NCBI GenBank assembly: GCA_049970095.1
Contig: JBMFNP010000004.1
Location: 1 to 58,523, forward strand
DNA length: 58,523 nt
From: Thermoplasmata archaeon
Lineage (GTDB): Archaea > Thermoplasmatota > Thermoplasmata > Lutacidiplasmatales > SKW197
Direction of reading: 5' to 3'
In this document: piece by piece, positions 1 to 9,275 of the stretch
Layout: every line of letters starts with the position of its first letter
Numbering within the stretch: the stretch's first letter is position 1
The notes under the pieces: model-generated
Told to the model about the DNA's origin: nothing
The model's database searches: none
Seen by the model: only the letters and a program-made list of their open reading frames with translations
Program-made: the position numbers and the translations under genes

Positions 1-77
1 TACCCCTTAACACAGGTACCGTAGGGTGTAACCCCGTGAGGTTACCGTAAGGGGAGGGGGCTTGCCCCCTCCCCTCG
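1..77. repeat. Left arm of a ~77-nt inverted repeat pair bounding the window (partner 58430..58507). Contains the hairpin ggggaggggg-cttg-ccccctcccc at 51..74.
   Basis: The reverse complement of 1..77 matches 58430..58507 with one substitution (position 11) and a 1-nt loop length difference. Read directly from the sequence. Confidence 0.9.
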
Positions 78-127
78 GTGAACACGAAAATTTTATATCA
101 TACGACTCCTTTCCTCCTTCGATAAAT

Positions 128-985
128 ATGCCAAAAGATGAAGAACCACATGAGGATGAAGATTTACTGAAAGAGATTGAAGAACTGGAAAAGGAACTGA
201 TGGGTGAGGAGAAGGAAAAACCTGCAGAGAAGAAAGAAGAAGAACCAGAAGAAGTGGCTGAAGAGGAAAAAGAGGCGGAAGAAAAAGAGAGTGAGGAGGA
301 AGAGAAAATTCAGAAAACGCTGAAAACACCACCTAAGAAAGAGAAGGAAGAAGAAGAGGAAGAAGTGGCTGAAGAGGAAAGACCAGAAAAAGAGGAAGAA
401 GTGGGAGAAGAGGAAAAGGTTGAAGAAAAAGAAGAGGAAGAATTACCTTCCGAAGAGGTTGAGAAGGAAGTAAAAGAAGAAGTGGGACTTTCAAAAGTAA
501 GTGTAGAAACAGGAACAAGTTTCTATATCTGGGTGTCCATGTTCATCATTGGGCTGATTGTTTATATTGCTGTAATTTCAGCCTATATATCAGGCATCTA
601 TCCTCACAAAATCCTCACATCAGCTCTTCTGTTTCTTTCTGATGCGGTAGGCGTATTTGGTCTCTGGAAAGCCCTCACAATACCCTCAGTCAAGCCCACC
701 GTAAGAGCAGAAGTGAAGAAAGCAGAGCCTAAGGTGGAAGTAGAAGAGATGAAGGAAGAAGAAGAGGTAGTTATTGAAGAGGAAAAAGCAGAGACTGAGG
801 AGAAGAAAGAAGAGGAAGAGAAAGAAGAGGAGAAGGTAGAGGAGGAAAAAGCAGAGACCGAGGAAAAGAAAGAAGAGCCAAAGGAAGAATCAAAAAAGGT
901 GAAGTTTCTCTGCCCGATATGCAAGACAGAGGTTGATGCAGACGCAACATCCTGTCCAAACTGTGGAGTCGGATTTGAAGAATGA
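128..985 (+). CDS. Glu/Lys-rich membrane protein with a C-terminal zinc ribbon
   Basis: ORF 62..985. ATG 128 is preferred because a TATA-like ttttatat lies at 91..98 and 62..127 runs into the repeat hairpin. Two hydrophobic helices (FYIWVSMFIIGLIVYIAVISAYI, LTSALLFLSDAVGVFGLW) sit between poly-E/K tracts. CPICK-x9-CPNCG is at the C-terminus. Confidence 0.7.
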   Translation: MPKDEEPHEDEDLLKEIEELEKELMGEEKEKPAEKKEEEPEEVAEEEKEAEEKESEEEEKIQKTLKTPPKKEKEEEEEEVAEEERPEKEEEVGEEEKVEEKEEEELPSEEVEKEVKEEVGLSKVSVETGTSFYIWVSMFIIGLIVYIAVISAYISGIYPHKILTSALLFLSDAVGVFGLWKALTIPSVKPTVRAEVKKAEPKVEVEEMKEEEEVVIEEEKAETEEKKEEEEKEEEKVEEEKAETEEKKEEPKEESKKVKFLCPICKTEVDADATSCPNCGVGFEE

Positions 986-997
986 ACGGGGATAATT

Positions 998-1639
998 ATG
1001 CACATCACATGGTATGGGCATGCGTGCTTTAAGGTGTATGAAAACATAGGGATCGTGACAGACCCCCATGATGGTAGATCCATCGGTCTGCCAGTTCCAT
1101 CTATTGAAGCGGATATTGTGCTGATGAGCCACGACCACTTTGACCACAACTGCAGAAGTGCAGTAAAAACAAAGAATGCTAGAGTAATCAACAAACCAGG
1201 AAAATATATAGAAAAAGGTGTGGAAATTCTTGGCATAGAAACATACCACGATGACGCATTAGGCTCAAAGCGTGGAAAGAATATTGTTTTCAAATTTAAA
1301 TATAAGGATATAAACTTCTGTCATCTTGGTGACCTGGGACATGCGCTCACCAGCGAGCATGCAAACATGCTTGGTGAAATAGATGTGCTCTTCATTCCTG
1401 TAGGGGAAACCTACACCCTTCCAGTAAATGAATGCTGGGAAACGGTAAATGTGCTCAAGCCTAGAATTATTGTGCCCATGCACTACAAAATATCAACCCT
1501 TTCGCTTCCAATAAGCCCCGTAGATGTGTTTCTCAGGAATGCTGGTGGCGTGGAGATTGTCAATATAAACTCAAGAGAAAAGGAGATTGACCGCAGTGAA
1601 CTGGGAGACAAAAGAAAAATCTGGGTATTCTCATTTTAG
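998..1639 (+). CDS. Metallo-beta-lactamase-fold metal-dependent hydrolase (UPF0173-like)
   Basis: N-terminal ITWYGHACF and the SHDHFDH metal-binding motif. Length is 213 aa. Confidence 0.8.
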   Translation: MHITWYGHACFKVYENIGIVTDPHDGRSIGLPVPSIEADIVLMSHDHFDHNCRSAVKTKNARVINKPGKYIEKGVEILGIETYHDDALGSKRGKNIVFKFKYKDINFCHLGDLGHALTSEHANMLGEIDVLFIPVGETYTLPVNECWETVNVLKPRIIVPMHYKISTLSLPISPVDVFLRNAGGVEIVNINSREKEIDRSELGDKRKIWVFSF

Positions 1640-1659
1640 GGAATGTGGGGTAGATTTTC

Positions 1660-2178
1660 ATGGACCTGTTTGAGGCTATAAAGACAAGAAGGAGCATAAG
1701 AAAGTATAAGAGCCAGATGGTTGATGATGAACTCATCAGGAAAATTTTCCAGAATGTTAGGTACGCACCATCAGCACATAATGCCCAGCCATGGAAATTT
1801 ATTGTCGTGAGGGACGAGGAAAAGAAGAAGAAAATAGCCCAGTATTGCAACAACCAGAAATTTATATCGGAAGCACCCGTGGTAATTGTTGCCTGCGGAC
1901 TTCCAGACGAGAGTCAGGCTAATATTGGAAATTGGATAAGTGCATTTGTTGTGGATGTTTCAATTGCCACAACCTATCTTATGCTTGCAGCATGGGCGAT
2001 GGGATTGGGAACATGCTGGGTTGGTAATTTCAATGAAGAAAAGATAAAAGAAACCCTTGGCATAGGTGACGAAATCCGTATAATTGCCATCACACCCCTC
2101 GGGTATCCAGATGAAAGCCCAGAACCCAGGGGTAGAAAAAATCTCTCGGAAATTGTGACATACGAAGGGCTTGAGTAA
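1660..2178 (+). CDS. Nitroreductase family protein
   Basis: The AIKTRRSIRKY and PSAHNAQPW motifs are typical of FMN nitroreductases. Confidence 0.85.
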   Translation: MDLFEAIKTRRSIRKYKSQMVDDELIRKIFQNVRYAPSAHNAQPWKFIVVRDEEKKKKIAQYCNNQKFISEAPVVIVACGLPDESQANIGNWISAFVVDVSIATTYLMLAAWAMGLGTCWVGNFNEEKIKETLGIGDEIRIIAITPLGYPDESPEPRGRKNLSEIVTYEGLE

Positions 2179-2736
2179 ATGTTGATAAAAGTTATTACTA
2201 CAAATTCTGGGAAGTTCAGAGAGATCTCTCATTTTTTTATAAACACTAAATTGAAATTCAAAATGGAACCAGTTCCCTTACTTGAAATTCAGGCAAACAC
2301 ACTGGAAGAAGTGGTTGCTGAGAAACTGGCGTCGGTTCCAGAGGAAACTGGCAATTGCATTGTTGATGACTCGGGACTATTTGTTGATGCACTCTCGGGT
2401 TTTCCAGGCGTTTATTCCTCTTATGTTTACCGCACAATTGGAGTGCATGGGCTTTGCAAATTGCTTGAGGGCGTGAGTGAGAGAAAAGCAAGGTTTGAAT
2501 GTGTAGTAGGGTTGAGAATATCTGGTAAAAAACATTTTTTTAAAGGCGTATGTGGAGGAAGAATTATAGAGGTACCAAAGGGTAGTGGTGGTTTCGGATT
2601 TGACCCTATCTTTATGCCAGATGGTTATCAGGAAACTTTTGCACAATTACCCACAGAAAATAAAAATTTAATATCTCATAGAGGGAGAGCGCTCCAGCAA
2701 CTTAGAGAATTCTTTCAGACACAGGGAATCTTATAG
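2179..2736 (+). CDS. Non-canonical purine NTP pyrophosphatase (Ham1/RdgB ITPase family)
   Basis: TTNSGKFRE, FGFDPIF and SHRGRAL motifs. The ATG directly follows the upstream stop. Confidence 0.85.
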   Translation: MLIKVITTNSGKFREISHFFINTKLKFKMEPVPLLEIQANTLEEVVAEKLASVPEETGNCIVDDSGLFVDALSGFPGVYSSYVYRTIGVHGLCKLLEGVSERKARFECVVGLRISGKKHFFKGVCGGRIIEVPKGSGGFGFDPIFMPDGYQETFAQLPTENKNLISHRGRALQQLREFFQTQGIL

Positions 2737-2757
2737 GCACACACCCAACATTAACTC

Positions 2758-3876
2758 TCACTTTCCATTATGTTTTTCAATTACCTCTTTTATTTTCCTT
2801 TGGATTTTTTTCACAAAAACAGGTATATCAAAATTTTTGGCTTGTTTCAAGCATGCATCCTTCATTGAGAGAAGATGTTCTGGGGTAAGCATTCTTATTT
2901 TTTCAATAAATTTATCTGGCTCTGCAGGAAGTAGAAAACCTGTTTTTCCATCAATGATTGTTTCCCTGTATCCACCTTCATCTGTAGCAAGCACAATTTT
3001 TCCACTAGCCATTGCCTCTATAGGTGTGAGTCCAAGGTCTTCGTCAATTGCAGTAGTGATTAAACCTTTGCATGTAGCATACAGGTCTCGCAGTTCTTCA
3101 TCACTAACCTCACCTAGAAATTCCACATTGTCTGGCTTCAGTTTTTTTAATTTCTCAAAGTTTTTTTCAGCCCAGTCACCTTTAGAGTACCATCCCACAA
3201 TTTTGAGTTTCTCATGTGGAAGGTGTCTGAAGATTTCCATCTGCAATTCAATCCTTTTTTCAGGGTAAAGACGGTTTACTGAAAGCCAGAAATCCCCAAT
3301 CTCTTTGAATCTGTATCTGGAAACAGGTAGCATTGTGTAAACAACCTCTGCATCCCGCCCATAATCTCTGAGAATTCGCTGGCGTACATTTTCACTATTA
3401 GCCACAATCTCATCCACATAATTTCTGATGCAGTATCTCTCAAATATTCTGTGGGTTCCAGTCCATGCATAGGCAATCATTTTTCTGAACAATGTCTCCT
3501 GAGAATTAATCACACGGGCACGAAATTCAAAAAATGCCCTGGTGGGAGTATGACAGTAGTAGAGATTTGGAGAGTGATGGAGTGCAGCATAATGTGCCCA
3601 ATTCCCTGAAAAAATAAAGAAGTCATATCGGTCTCTGAAATCTGAAAGAAGAAACTGGAGCGAGGCATCTATCTGTTTGAGTGGGGGCACACGAAACACA
3701 TCACCAAGAGAAATCACTTTTATATCAGGATAGCCTGCCATCCTGACAGCATTTCTATTCAGGTCTGTGGTAATTATATCTGCATTTATTTCTCTGGCAA
3801 GGGCGAAAACCAGTTTTTCAGCACCTCCAATTGTTCCAATATAATCGTGAAAGATGCAGATTTTCATTTCAGTCAC
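2758..3876 (-). CDS. Glycosyltransferase, GT4-like (GT-B fold)
   Basis: N-terminal GGAEK motif and C-terminal [21 protein letters not shown] (E-x7-E-type motif). Overlaps the hisS stop by 4 nt. Confidence 0.8.
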   Translation of the reverse strand: MTEMKICIFHDYIGTIGGAEKLVFALAREINADIITTDLNRNAVRMAGYPDIKVISLGDVFRVPPLKQIDASLQFLLSDFRDRYDFFIFSGNWAHYAALHHSPNLYYCHTPTRAFFEFRARVINSQETLFRKMIAYAWTGTHRIFERYCIRNYVDEIVANSENVRQRILRDYGRDAEVVYTMLPVSRYRFKEIGDFWLSVNRLYPEKRIELQMEIFRHLPHEKLKIVGWYSKGDWAEKNFEKLKKLKPDNVEFLGEVSDEELRDLYATCKGLITTAIDEDLGLTPIEAMASGKIVLATDEGGYRETIIDGKTGFLLPAEPDKFIEKIRMLTPEHLLSMKDACLKQAKNFDIPVFVKKIQRKIKEVIEKHNGK

Positions 3877-5207
3877 TCACCCAAAAGGTTTTTGAGTTCT
3901 ATTGTTTCTTGCGTGCCATTTTCCATGTTTTTTATGCTTACTTTTCCTTCCCTCAATTCAGTATCACCAATAATCACAACCTTTTTTGCACCAATGCGGT
4001 CTGCATATTTGAACTGCTTTTCAAGGTTTCTTTTCAGTATATCTGTTTCTACACTGTATCCTCTGGCTCTCAACTTATTTGCAATTCTGATTGAAAGCGG
4101 GTAAAAATCCGGGTTAGTGAAAGCTATGAAAAAATCGGTTTCCAGTTTTTCCTGGTACCATTTACCTTTCTTTCGCATTAGCTGTTCTACCACAGCGTCC
4201 CCAAGCGCAAAACCTACAGCTGGCACTTTCGCATCACCAAAGAGCTCTATCAGATTATCGTATCTTCCTCCACCGAATATGGCACGGAATACACCATTTT
4301 TATCAAAACATTCAAAGACCACACCAGTATAATAACTCAGTCCTCTAACCAATCCGAGGTCAAGCATACAGTACTTATCCACTTCATACAATTTCAGGTA
4401 TGAGGAAAGTTTCTCCAGTTTCTCTATCGCATGCAGTGCCTTGGAAAAACCTGGCGTCATTTCCTGCACATCCTTTCTCTTGGAACTGAACGGAAGAATT
4501 TCCTCCAGATGCTTTCTCAACTCACCAATCGCATCCTTTGTAAACTCTTTTCTGGTTGAAAGTAGGGTGTTTAATTTGTCAATCATTTCTTTCAATACCC
4601 CAGCACCTATGAGCCGCTCTGTAAATTCTTCCGTGCTGAGCCTATCCTTCTTGTCAATTACCCTCATAGCCTCTTCAGTGTTGCTCACACCCATGCAGCT
4701 CAGAATGCCCTCAATCAACTCCCTGTTTGAGATTTTTATCACAATCTCATCTTCTATGCCCAGCGCCCTCATCATTTCCAAACCTACTGCAATTATCTCA
4801 GCATCCGCTTCAATATTTTCCACACCAAAAATATCTACATTCAATTGATAGAACTCTCGTAACCTCCCAGACTGCGGTTCCTCGTATCGCCACATCTTGG
4901 AGAGACAGTACCATTTCTGTGGAAGTGTGAGCACTTTTCGCTTTGACGCGATCATTCTTGCAACAGAGGGTGTGAGTTCCGGAATCAGAGTAATCTCTCT
5001 TCCTCCCTTATCTATGAACGAAAAAGTTTCTTCTACGATATCCTGACCGCTCTTGAGTTTGAATAATTCCAGTCCTTCCACACTCGGAGTATCTATTTCT
5101 CTGAACCCGAATTTTCTTACAGCAGATATCAGTGCGTCAAACATTTTTCTTCTGGCAACCATTGTCTCGGGATAGAAGTCTCTGAAACCTCTCAGTGGTT
5201 GAAGCAT
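3873..5207 (-). CDS. hisS: Histidine--tRNA ligase
   Basis: [10 protein letters not shown], the class II motifs, and GGGRYDNL. Confidence 0.93.
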   Translation of the reverse strand: MLQPLRGFRDFYPETMVARRKMFDALISAVRKFGFREIDTPSVEGLELFKLKSGQDIVEETFSFIDKGGREITLIPELTPSVARMIASKRKVLTLPQKWYCLSKMWRYEEPQSGRLREFYQLNVDIFGVENIEADAEIIAVGLEMMRALGIEDEIVIKISNRELIEGILSCMGVSNTEEAMRVIDKKDRLSTEEFTERLIGAGVLKEMIDKLNTLLSTRKEFTKDAIGELRKHLEEILPFSSKRKDVQEMTPGFSKALHAIEKLEKLSSYLKLYEVDKYCMLDLGLVRGLSYYTGVVFECFDKNGVFRAIFGGGRYDNLIELFGDAKVPAVGFALGDAVVEQLMRKKGKWYQEKLETDFFIAFTNPDFYPLSIRIANKLRARGYSVETDILKRNLEKQFKYADRIGAKKVVIIGDTELREGKVSIKNMENGTQETIELKNLLGE

Positions 5208-5354
5208 GATTTGCGCATGGAAAGGTAGAATATATGCTTAACTATTCTATTGATTGGCAGTTTTGTGCACTTCCCAGTGCATGTGCTTAAATATTTTTAG
5301 AAAGGCTTAAGTAATGGAAATCTTTATATATGAGTTAGTATTTCACCTTCCAAG

Positions 5355-5678
5355 GTGATTTTTCTGATTAAACTCGGCACCATTGAATTGATTTCTACCA
5401 GTGGAAATATAATTGCCATCTGCGAAAAAACACCAGAAATAAACATAGAGGTATTTGATGCCCGTGGAAGGAAAATTGGCAGAATTACTAAGGTATTTGG
5501 ACCAGTTGCAAATCCATATGTAAAAATCTTACCAGATAAGAGTTTACGCACACTGGAAAGTTTCACATGGGCTGGAAAACCCATTTACACAGGTGAGAAA
5601 CATGGTGGAAAAAAAGAAAAAAGTAGAAGAAGAGGAGATAAGGAAATGCCCTTACTGCGGGAGCACACACATCATTAA
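5355..5678 (+). CDS. gar1: H/ACA RNP component Gar1
   Basis: The core [19 protein letters not shown] matches the conserved archaeal Gar1 motif (G.V.DVFGPV..PY). It has a basic tail. The start (GTG 5355) is uncertain. The 3' end overlaps tfb by 77 nt. Confidence 0.7.
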   Translation: MIFLIKLGTIELISTSGNIIAICEKTPEINIEVFDARGRKIGRITKVFGPVANPYVKILPDKSLRTLESFTWAGKPIYTGEKHGGKKEKSRRRGDKEMPLLREHTHH

Positions 5679-6540
5679 AGACTATGACCGCGGGGAACTG
5701 GTGTGTGACGAATGTGGCTCTGTACTTTCAGATAGAATAATTGACCAGGGACCTGAGTGGAGAGCATTTGACATGGAGCAGGGAGAAAAACGTGCAAGAA
5801 CAGGAGCACCCATGACCTACACCCTACACGACAAGGGACTTTCAACAGATATTGGCTGGAAAAACAAGGATTCCTATGGGAAGAGCATTCCCACAAAAAA
5901 TCGTGCCCAGCTTTACAGATTGAGAAAATGGCAGAGGCGGATAAGGGTTTCCAATGCTACCGAGAGAAACCTTTCGTTTGCCCTCCAGGAACTTGACAGA
6001 ATGTCTGCAACTCTAAACCTTCCAAAGAATGTAAGAGAGACCGCTGCAATGATTTACAGAAAAGCAGTGAACAAGAATTTGATAAGAGGCAGGAGCATAG
6101 AAGGTGTTGTTGCTGCAGCCCTTTATGGCGCCTGCAGACAATGCGAAGTACCCAGAACCCTGGACGAAATTGCCTCATGCTCAAGAGTTGGAAGAAAGGA
6201 GATTGGTAGAACCTATCGTTTCATGACAAGAGAACTCAAACTCAAATTGATGCCCACAAAACCCCAGGATTACATTCCAAGATTTATCTGTGCACTTAAA
6301 CTGAGCGGAGAAACCCAGAATGTTGCACTGAAAATTCTGCAGGATGCAGCCGAAAAAGAACTCACTTCTGGAAGAGGTCCAACAGGTGTGGCTGCAGCAG
6401 CAATATATATCGCATCTATAAAAACAAATGAGAGAAGGACGCAGCGTGAGGTTGCTGATGTTGCCGGGGTTACTGAGGTTACAATCAGAAACAGATATAA
6501 GGAACTTACAGAAAAGCTGGGAATTGACATAGAACTGTAA
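5602..6540 (+). CDS. tfb: Transcription initiation factor IIB (TFB)
   Basis: N-terminal zinc ribbon CPYCGS...CDECGSV followed by two cyclin-like repeats. ATG 5602 is preferred over GTG 5593. Confidence 0.93.
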   Translation: MVEKKKKVEEEEIRKCPYCGSTHIIKDYDRGELVCDECGSVLSDRIIDQGPEWRAFDMEQGEKRARTGAPMTYTLHDKGLSTDIGWKNKDSYGKSIPTKNRAQLYRLRKWQRRIRVSNATERNLSFALQELDRMSATLNLPKNVRETAAMIYRKAVNKNLIRGRSIEGVVAAALYGACRQCEVPRTLDEIASCSRVGRKEIGRTYRFMTRELKLKLMPTKPQDYIPRFICALKLSGETQNVALKILQDAAEKELTSGRGPTGVAAAAIYIASIKTNERRTQREVADVAGVTEVTIRNRYKELTEKLGIDIEL

Positions 6541-6589
6541 AACTTTTCTGTTTTTTCACATTTTTGATTTGTCATTGCAGGTCTTGTTT

Positions 6590-7213
6590 ATGAAAGGAGT
6601 GGCTTTGGTTTCTGCGGGAATTGATTCGCCAGTTGCACTTTACCTCATGCTTGAAAAAAACTGGGAAATGGTTGCTGTCCATATGGATAATCAGCCATTT
6701 ACAGATGCACACACCGTGGAAAAATATGTGAAAATCATAGGGAAATTGAGAGAATTGTCTGGCAAAAATTTTCCAGCATACATCGTACCTCACGGGAAAA
6801 ATCAGGGGGAAATTGCAAAAAACTGCACGCGCAGATACCAGTGCGTCCTTTGTAGAAGAATGATGTTCAGAATAGCCACAGATCTCGGAAAACAGCACGG
6901 TGCAAATTTCATAGTAACTGGTGAATCACTGGGGCAGGTTGCCTCCCAGACACTTTCAAACATTCTGGCGGAACACAGCAGTGCAGGTCTCCATGTTTTG
7001 CGCCCCCTTATTGGTATGGATAAGATTGAGATTGAAAGTATTGCCAGAGCATGTGGAACATTTGAAATTTCAATAGAGCCTGGGATGTGCTGCACAATTG
7101 TGCCTGAAAAACCAGCCACATCAGCAAAAATAGAAAGCATCCTGCGTGAGGAAGAAAAAATTGACATAAACACAATGGTTCGGGATTCCTTATGCAACGC
7201 AGAAAAAATATAG
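6590..7213 (+). CDS. ThiI-like PP-loop sulfurtransferase domain protein (no THUMP/NFLD region)
   Basis: SAGIDSPVA PP-loop, TGESLGQVASQTL, RPLIGMDK and conserved Cys residues match the ThiI catalytic domain. At only ~207 aa it lacks the RNA-binding N-terminal half. Confidence 0.75.
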   Translation: MKGVALVSAGIDSPVALYLMLEKNWEMVAVHMDNQPFTDAHTVEKYVKIIGKLRELSGKNFPAYIVPHGKNQGEIAKNCTRRYQCVLCRRMMFRIATDLGKQHGANFIVTGESLGQVASQTLSNILAEHSSAGLHVLRPLIGMDKIEIESIARACGTFEISIEPGMCCTIVPEKPATSAKIESILREEEKIDINTMVRDSLCNAEKI

Positions 7214-7230
7214 ATTTCTATCTTGTCAGG

Positions 7231-7485
7231 ATGTGTAGTGGCAAAACTGCGTATGAAGCACTGCCAGTGCGGGGCATCAAATTTAATAGAAAGGGGGTTG
7301 TGAAAGCCTTAATAGATATGGGTTACACTGTGGAAGATTTCAGGGCACTTATCATTGCAAAAAAAGAAATTGAAACAACGATTTTTCCATCTGGCAGATT
7401 GCTCATAAAATGTGAAAAAGAGGAGAATGCAAGCAGAGAGGCAAATTTTATAGGAAGCGTGATCATAGCAAATTCCGAGATCTGA
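7231..7485 (+). CDS. Small hypothetical protein; TIFPSGRLLIKC...ANFIG resembles the short C-terminal domain on some ThiF/MoeB E1-like enzymes
   Basis: ORF 7192..7485. ATG 7231 avoids overlap with the upstream gene. The similarity is recalled from memory and not verified. Confidence 0.4.
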   Translation: MCSGKTAYEALPVRGIKFNRKGVVKALIDMGYTVEDFRALIIAKKEIETTIFPSGRLLIKCEKEENASREANFIGSVIIANSEI

Positions 7486-7556
7486 GTTGATGGTTCCATT
7501 TCCGATAGGTTTTTATTGGAAATGGTAATATACCATACTACGCCACAATTACAGAG

Positions 7557-8984
7557 GTGTGTTTATTGTCTGGTGATGAGAGGATCTGTCCGGTGTGCGA
7601 TACGAAACTCGCTAAATCCGAAACAAAATGTCCTATCTGTGGTACGGATCTTGCTGCTGTTGACGAAAAAGCCCTTGAAAATATTGATATATCAGTGCTT
7701 AAAGACAAAACCAAGGCTATTGATGATATTTTGAGTTTGCTGGAAGAGGAAGAGAAAAAGGTGATGGCTGAGAGAAAGGCAGAGGCACAGAAAGGAAAGG
7801 AAAATGTGGGAAAGCAAGAGGGGGAGAAAAAACCAGTTTCTGAAAAACCTCTGCCAAAAACTGAGGAAAAGGAGGAGAAAAAATCTGAAGAGAGGAAAGA
7901 GATGTTTGTATGTCCTCTCTGCCATGCGGAGATTCCAGTAGATGTGAACACCTGTCCAAAGTGTGGTGCAATTTTTGAGGAGGCCGTGGCATTTATTTGT
8001 CCCGTGTGTCATACAGAGGTTTCTGCAGACGCCAGTACCTGCCCCAAATGTGGTGCCATATTTGTGGTAGAAGGTGAGGAGGCACCTGCGGTGGCAGGAT
8101 CTGCAGTAGAAAAGCCACCAGAAGAAAAATCTGCGCCTACATTAGCTGCACCTGCAGAAAAACCCGCACTCACACCTACCCCAGAAAAAATCCCACCCAT
8201 AGAAGAAAAGAAGGTAGAGAAGAAAGTAGAAGACCTGGCGAAAGAACTGGCTTTAAAGGTAAATGAGGCGAAAATCCTCCTTGAAACAATGCGAAAGTTT
8301 GGTGTGGAGGAAAAAGAAACAAAGGAGAGTATCAGCAGGTCACTGAGTGCCGGGAAGGAAAAAGATTATGTGCGAGCGCTGGAAATAATGAACACCGCCC
8401 TTCAAAACGGAAAAAATCTGGTGATGGAGAAAATTGGAAAAATGATAGAAACACTTGAAAACGAAATCAGAGGTTATGCTAAACTGGGATGTGATGTGAA
8501 GAAAGGCATAGGGTACTGTGAACGGACTGCATTTGCTGTGGAAACCGAAAACTTCGAAAACGCTGTGAAAATTTACACACTAGCTACAGATTACGCAAAA
8601 AAACTCAAAGAGAATTTTGAGGCGAGAAAGAAAGAGTTTGATGCCCTTATGCATAACATTGAGGAGTACAGAACATACGGAGTGCCTGGCATGGAAGAAC
8701 TTAAAAACCGTCTGGATGCTGCAATGAGTGCATATGGGAGCGGGAAAATAGATGATGGAGACAGAGTGATTGCAGAGATAAAGGAAAAGCTGAATGCCGC
8801 ACTGCCAAACTATGTGACCAGCAGGATTGCGGAGCAGGCAGGGAAATTACGGGAAGCAAAGTTGCTTGGCATGGATGTTAAAAACAAGATTGAATATTTG
8901 AAGGAAGCAAATATATGTATAAAAAAGAAGGATTATGCCCAGGCACTGGTATGGATTAACAAGATTGATAGAAAGGAGGCGTGA
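7557..8984 (+). CDS. Triple zinc-ribbon, Glu/Lys-rich protein with a helical-repeat C-terminal half
   Basis: Three ribbons: CPVCD-x9-CPICG, CPLCH-x10-CPKCGAIFEE and CPVCH-x10-CPKCGAIF. These are followed by a P/A/E/K linker and then ~280 aa of helical repeats. The start codon (GTG) is uncertain. Confidence 0.7.
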   Translation: MCLLSGDERICPVCDTKLAKSETKCPICGTDLAAVDEKALENIDISVLKDKTKAIDDILSLLEEEEKKVMAERKAEAQKGKENVGKQEGEKKPVSEKPLPKTEEKEEKKSEERKEMFVCPLCHAEIPVDVNTCPKCGAIFEEAVAFICPVCHTEVSADASTCPKCGAIFVVEGEEAPAVAGSAVEKPPEEKSAPTLAAPAEKPALTPTPEKIPPIEEKKVEKKVEDLAKELALKVNEAKILLETMRKFGVEEKETKESISRSLSAGKEKDYVRALEIMNTALQNGKNLVMEKIGKMIETLENEIRGYAKLGCDVKKGIGYCERTAFAVETENFENAVKIYTLATDYAKKLKENFEARKKEFDALMHNIEEYRTYGVPGMEELKNRLDAAMSAYGSGKIDDGDRVIAEIKEKLNAALPNYVTSRIAEQAGKLREAKLLGMDVKNKIEYLKEANICIKKKDYAQALVWINKIDRKEA

Positions 8985-8988
8985 TTGA

Positions 8989-9270
8989 TTGGGACAGATA
9001 AAAAGATTGGTGCTGGATGTCTTGAAACCTCTTAATCCCACAATACTCTCACTTGCAGAGACCCTCACAACTGCAAAAGGAATAAACAGTGTCACCTGTA
9101 CGATAGAGGAAGTGGACAGGGAAACTGAGACGGTGAAGGTAATCATAGAAGGAAACGATGTTATATTTGCTTCTGTAGAAAAAATCATCACAGACTCTGG
9201 CTCCGTAATAAGATCCATAGATAGCGTCACAATCGGAAAAAAGCATGGTGAAGAAAAAATTGGAAGGTGA
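8989..9270 (+). CDS. DUF211-family small protein
   Basis: RLVLDVLKP....I..LA, TIEEVD.ETE..K..IEG and SID.V..GK match the DUF211 pattern. TTG start. Confidence 0.7.
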   Translation: MGQIKRLVLDVLKPLNPTILSLAETLTTAKGINSVTCTIEEVDRETETVKVIIEGNDVIFASVEKIITDSGSVIRSIDSVTIGKKHGEEKIGR

Positions 9271-9275
9271 TTATA

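Noticed and set aside
51-74. G-quadruplex potential of ggggaggggg in the terminal repeat.
   Set aside because: Only two long G-runs are available on that strand. The perfectly complementary C-run 4-5 nt away makes a duplex hairpin the far more likely structure.
62-127. N-terminal extension of the first CDS from TTG 62 (MPPPLGEHENF...).
   Set aside because: TTG 62 lies in the loop of the G/C hairpin of the repeat element. A TATA-like box at 91..98 would then be inside the coding region. ATG 128 is the more plausible start.
200-900. GA-rich repetitive DNA (gaagaagaggaa...) as a possible tandem-repeat or CRISPR-like array.
   Set aside because: It is in-frame poly-Glu/Lys coding sequence with only short imperfect repeat units. 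There is no repeat-spacer periodicity, and no CRISPR array exists anywhere in the window.
604-1293. 229-aa minus-strand ORF overlapping the first two plus-strand genes. The ORF track shows similar long antisense ORFs at 11024..11656, 14233..14766, 16183..16953, 34630..35220 and 51775..52410.
   Set aside because: They lie antisense to genes with strong family motifs. Their products are Ser/Phe/Leu-rich, low-complexity mirror translations of E/K-rich or conserved coding sequence. They are shadow ORFs.
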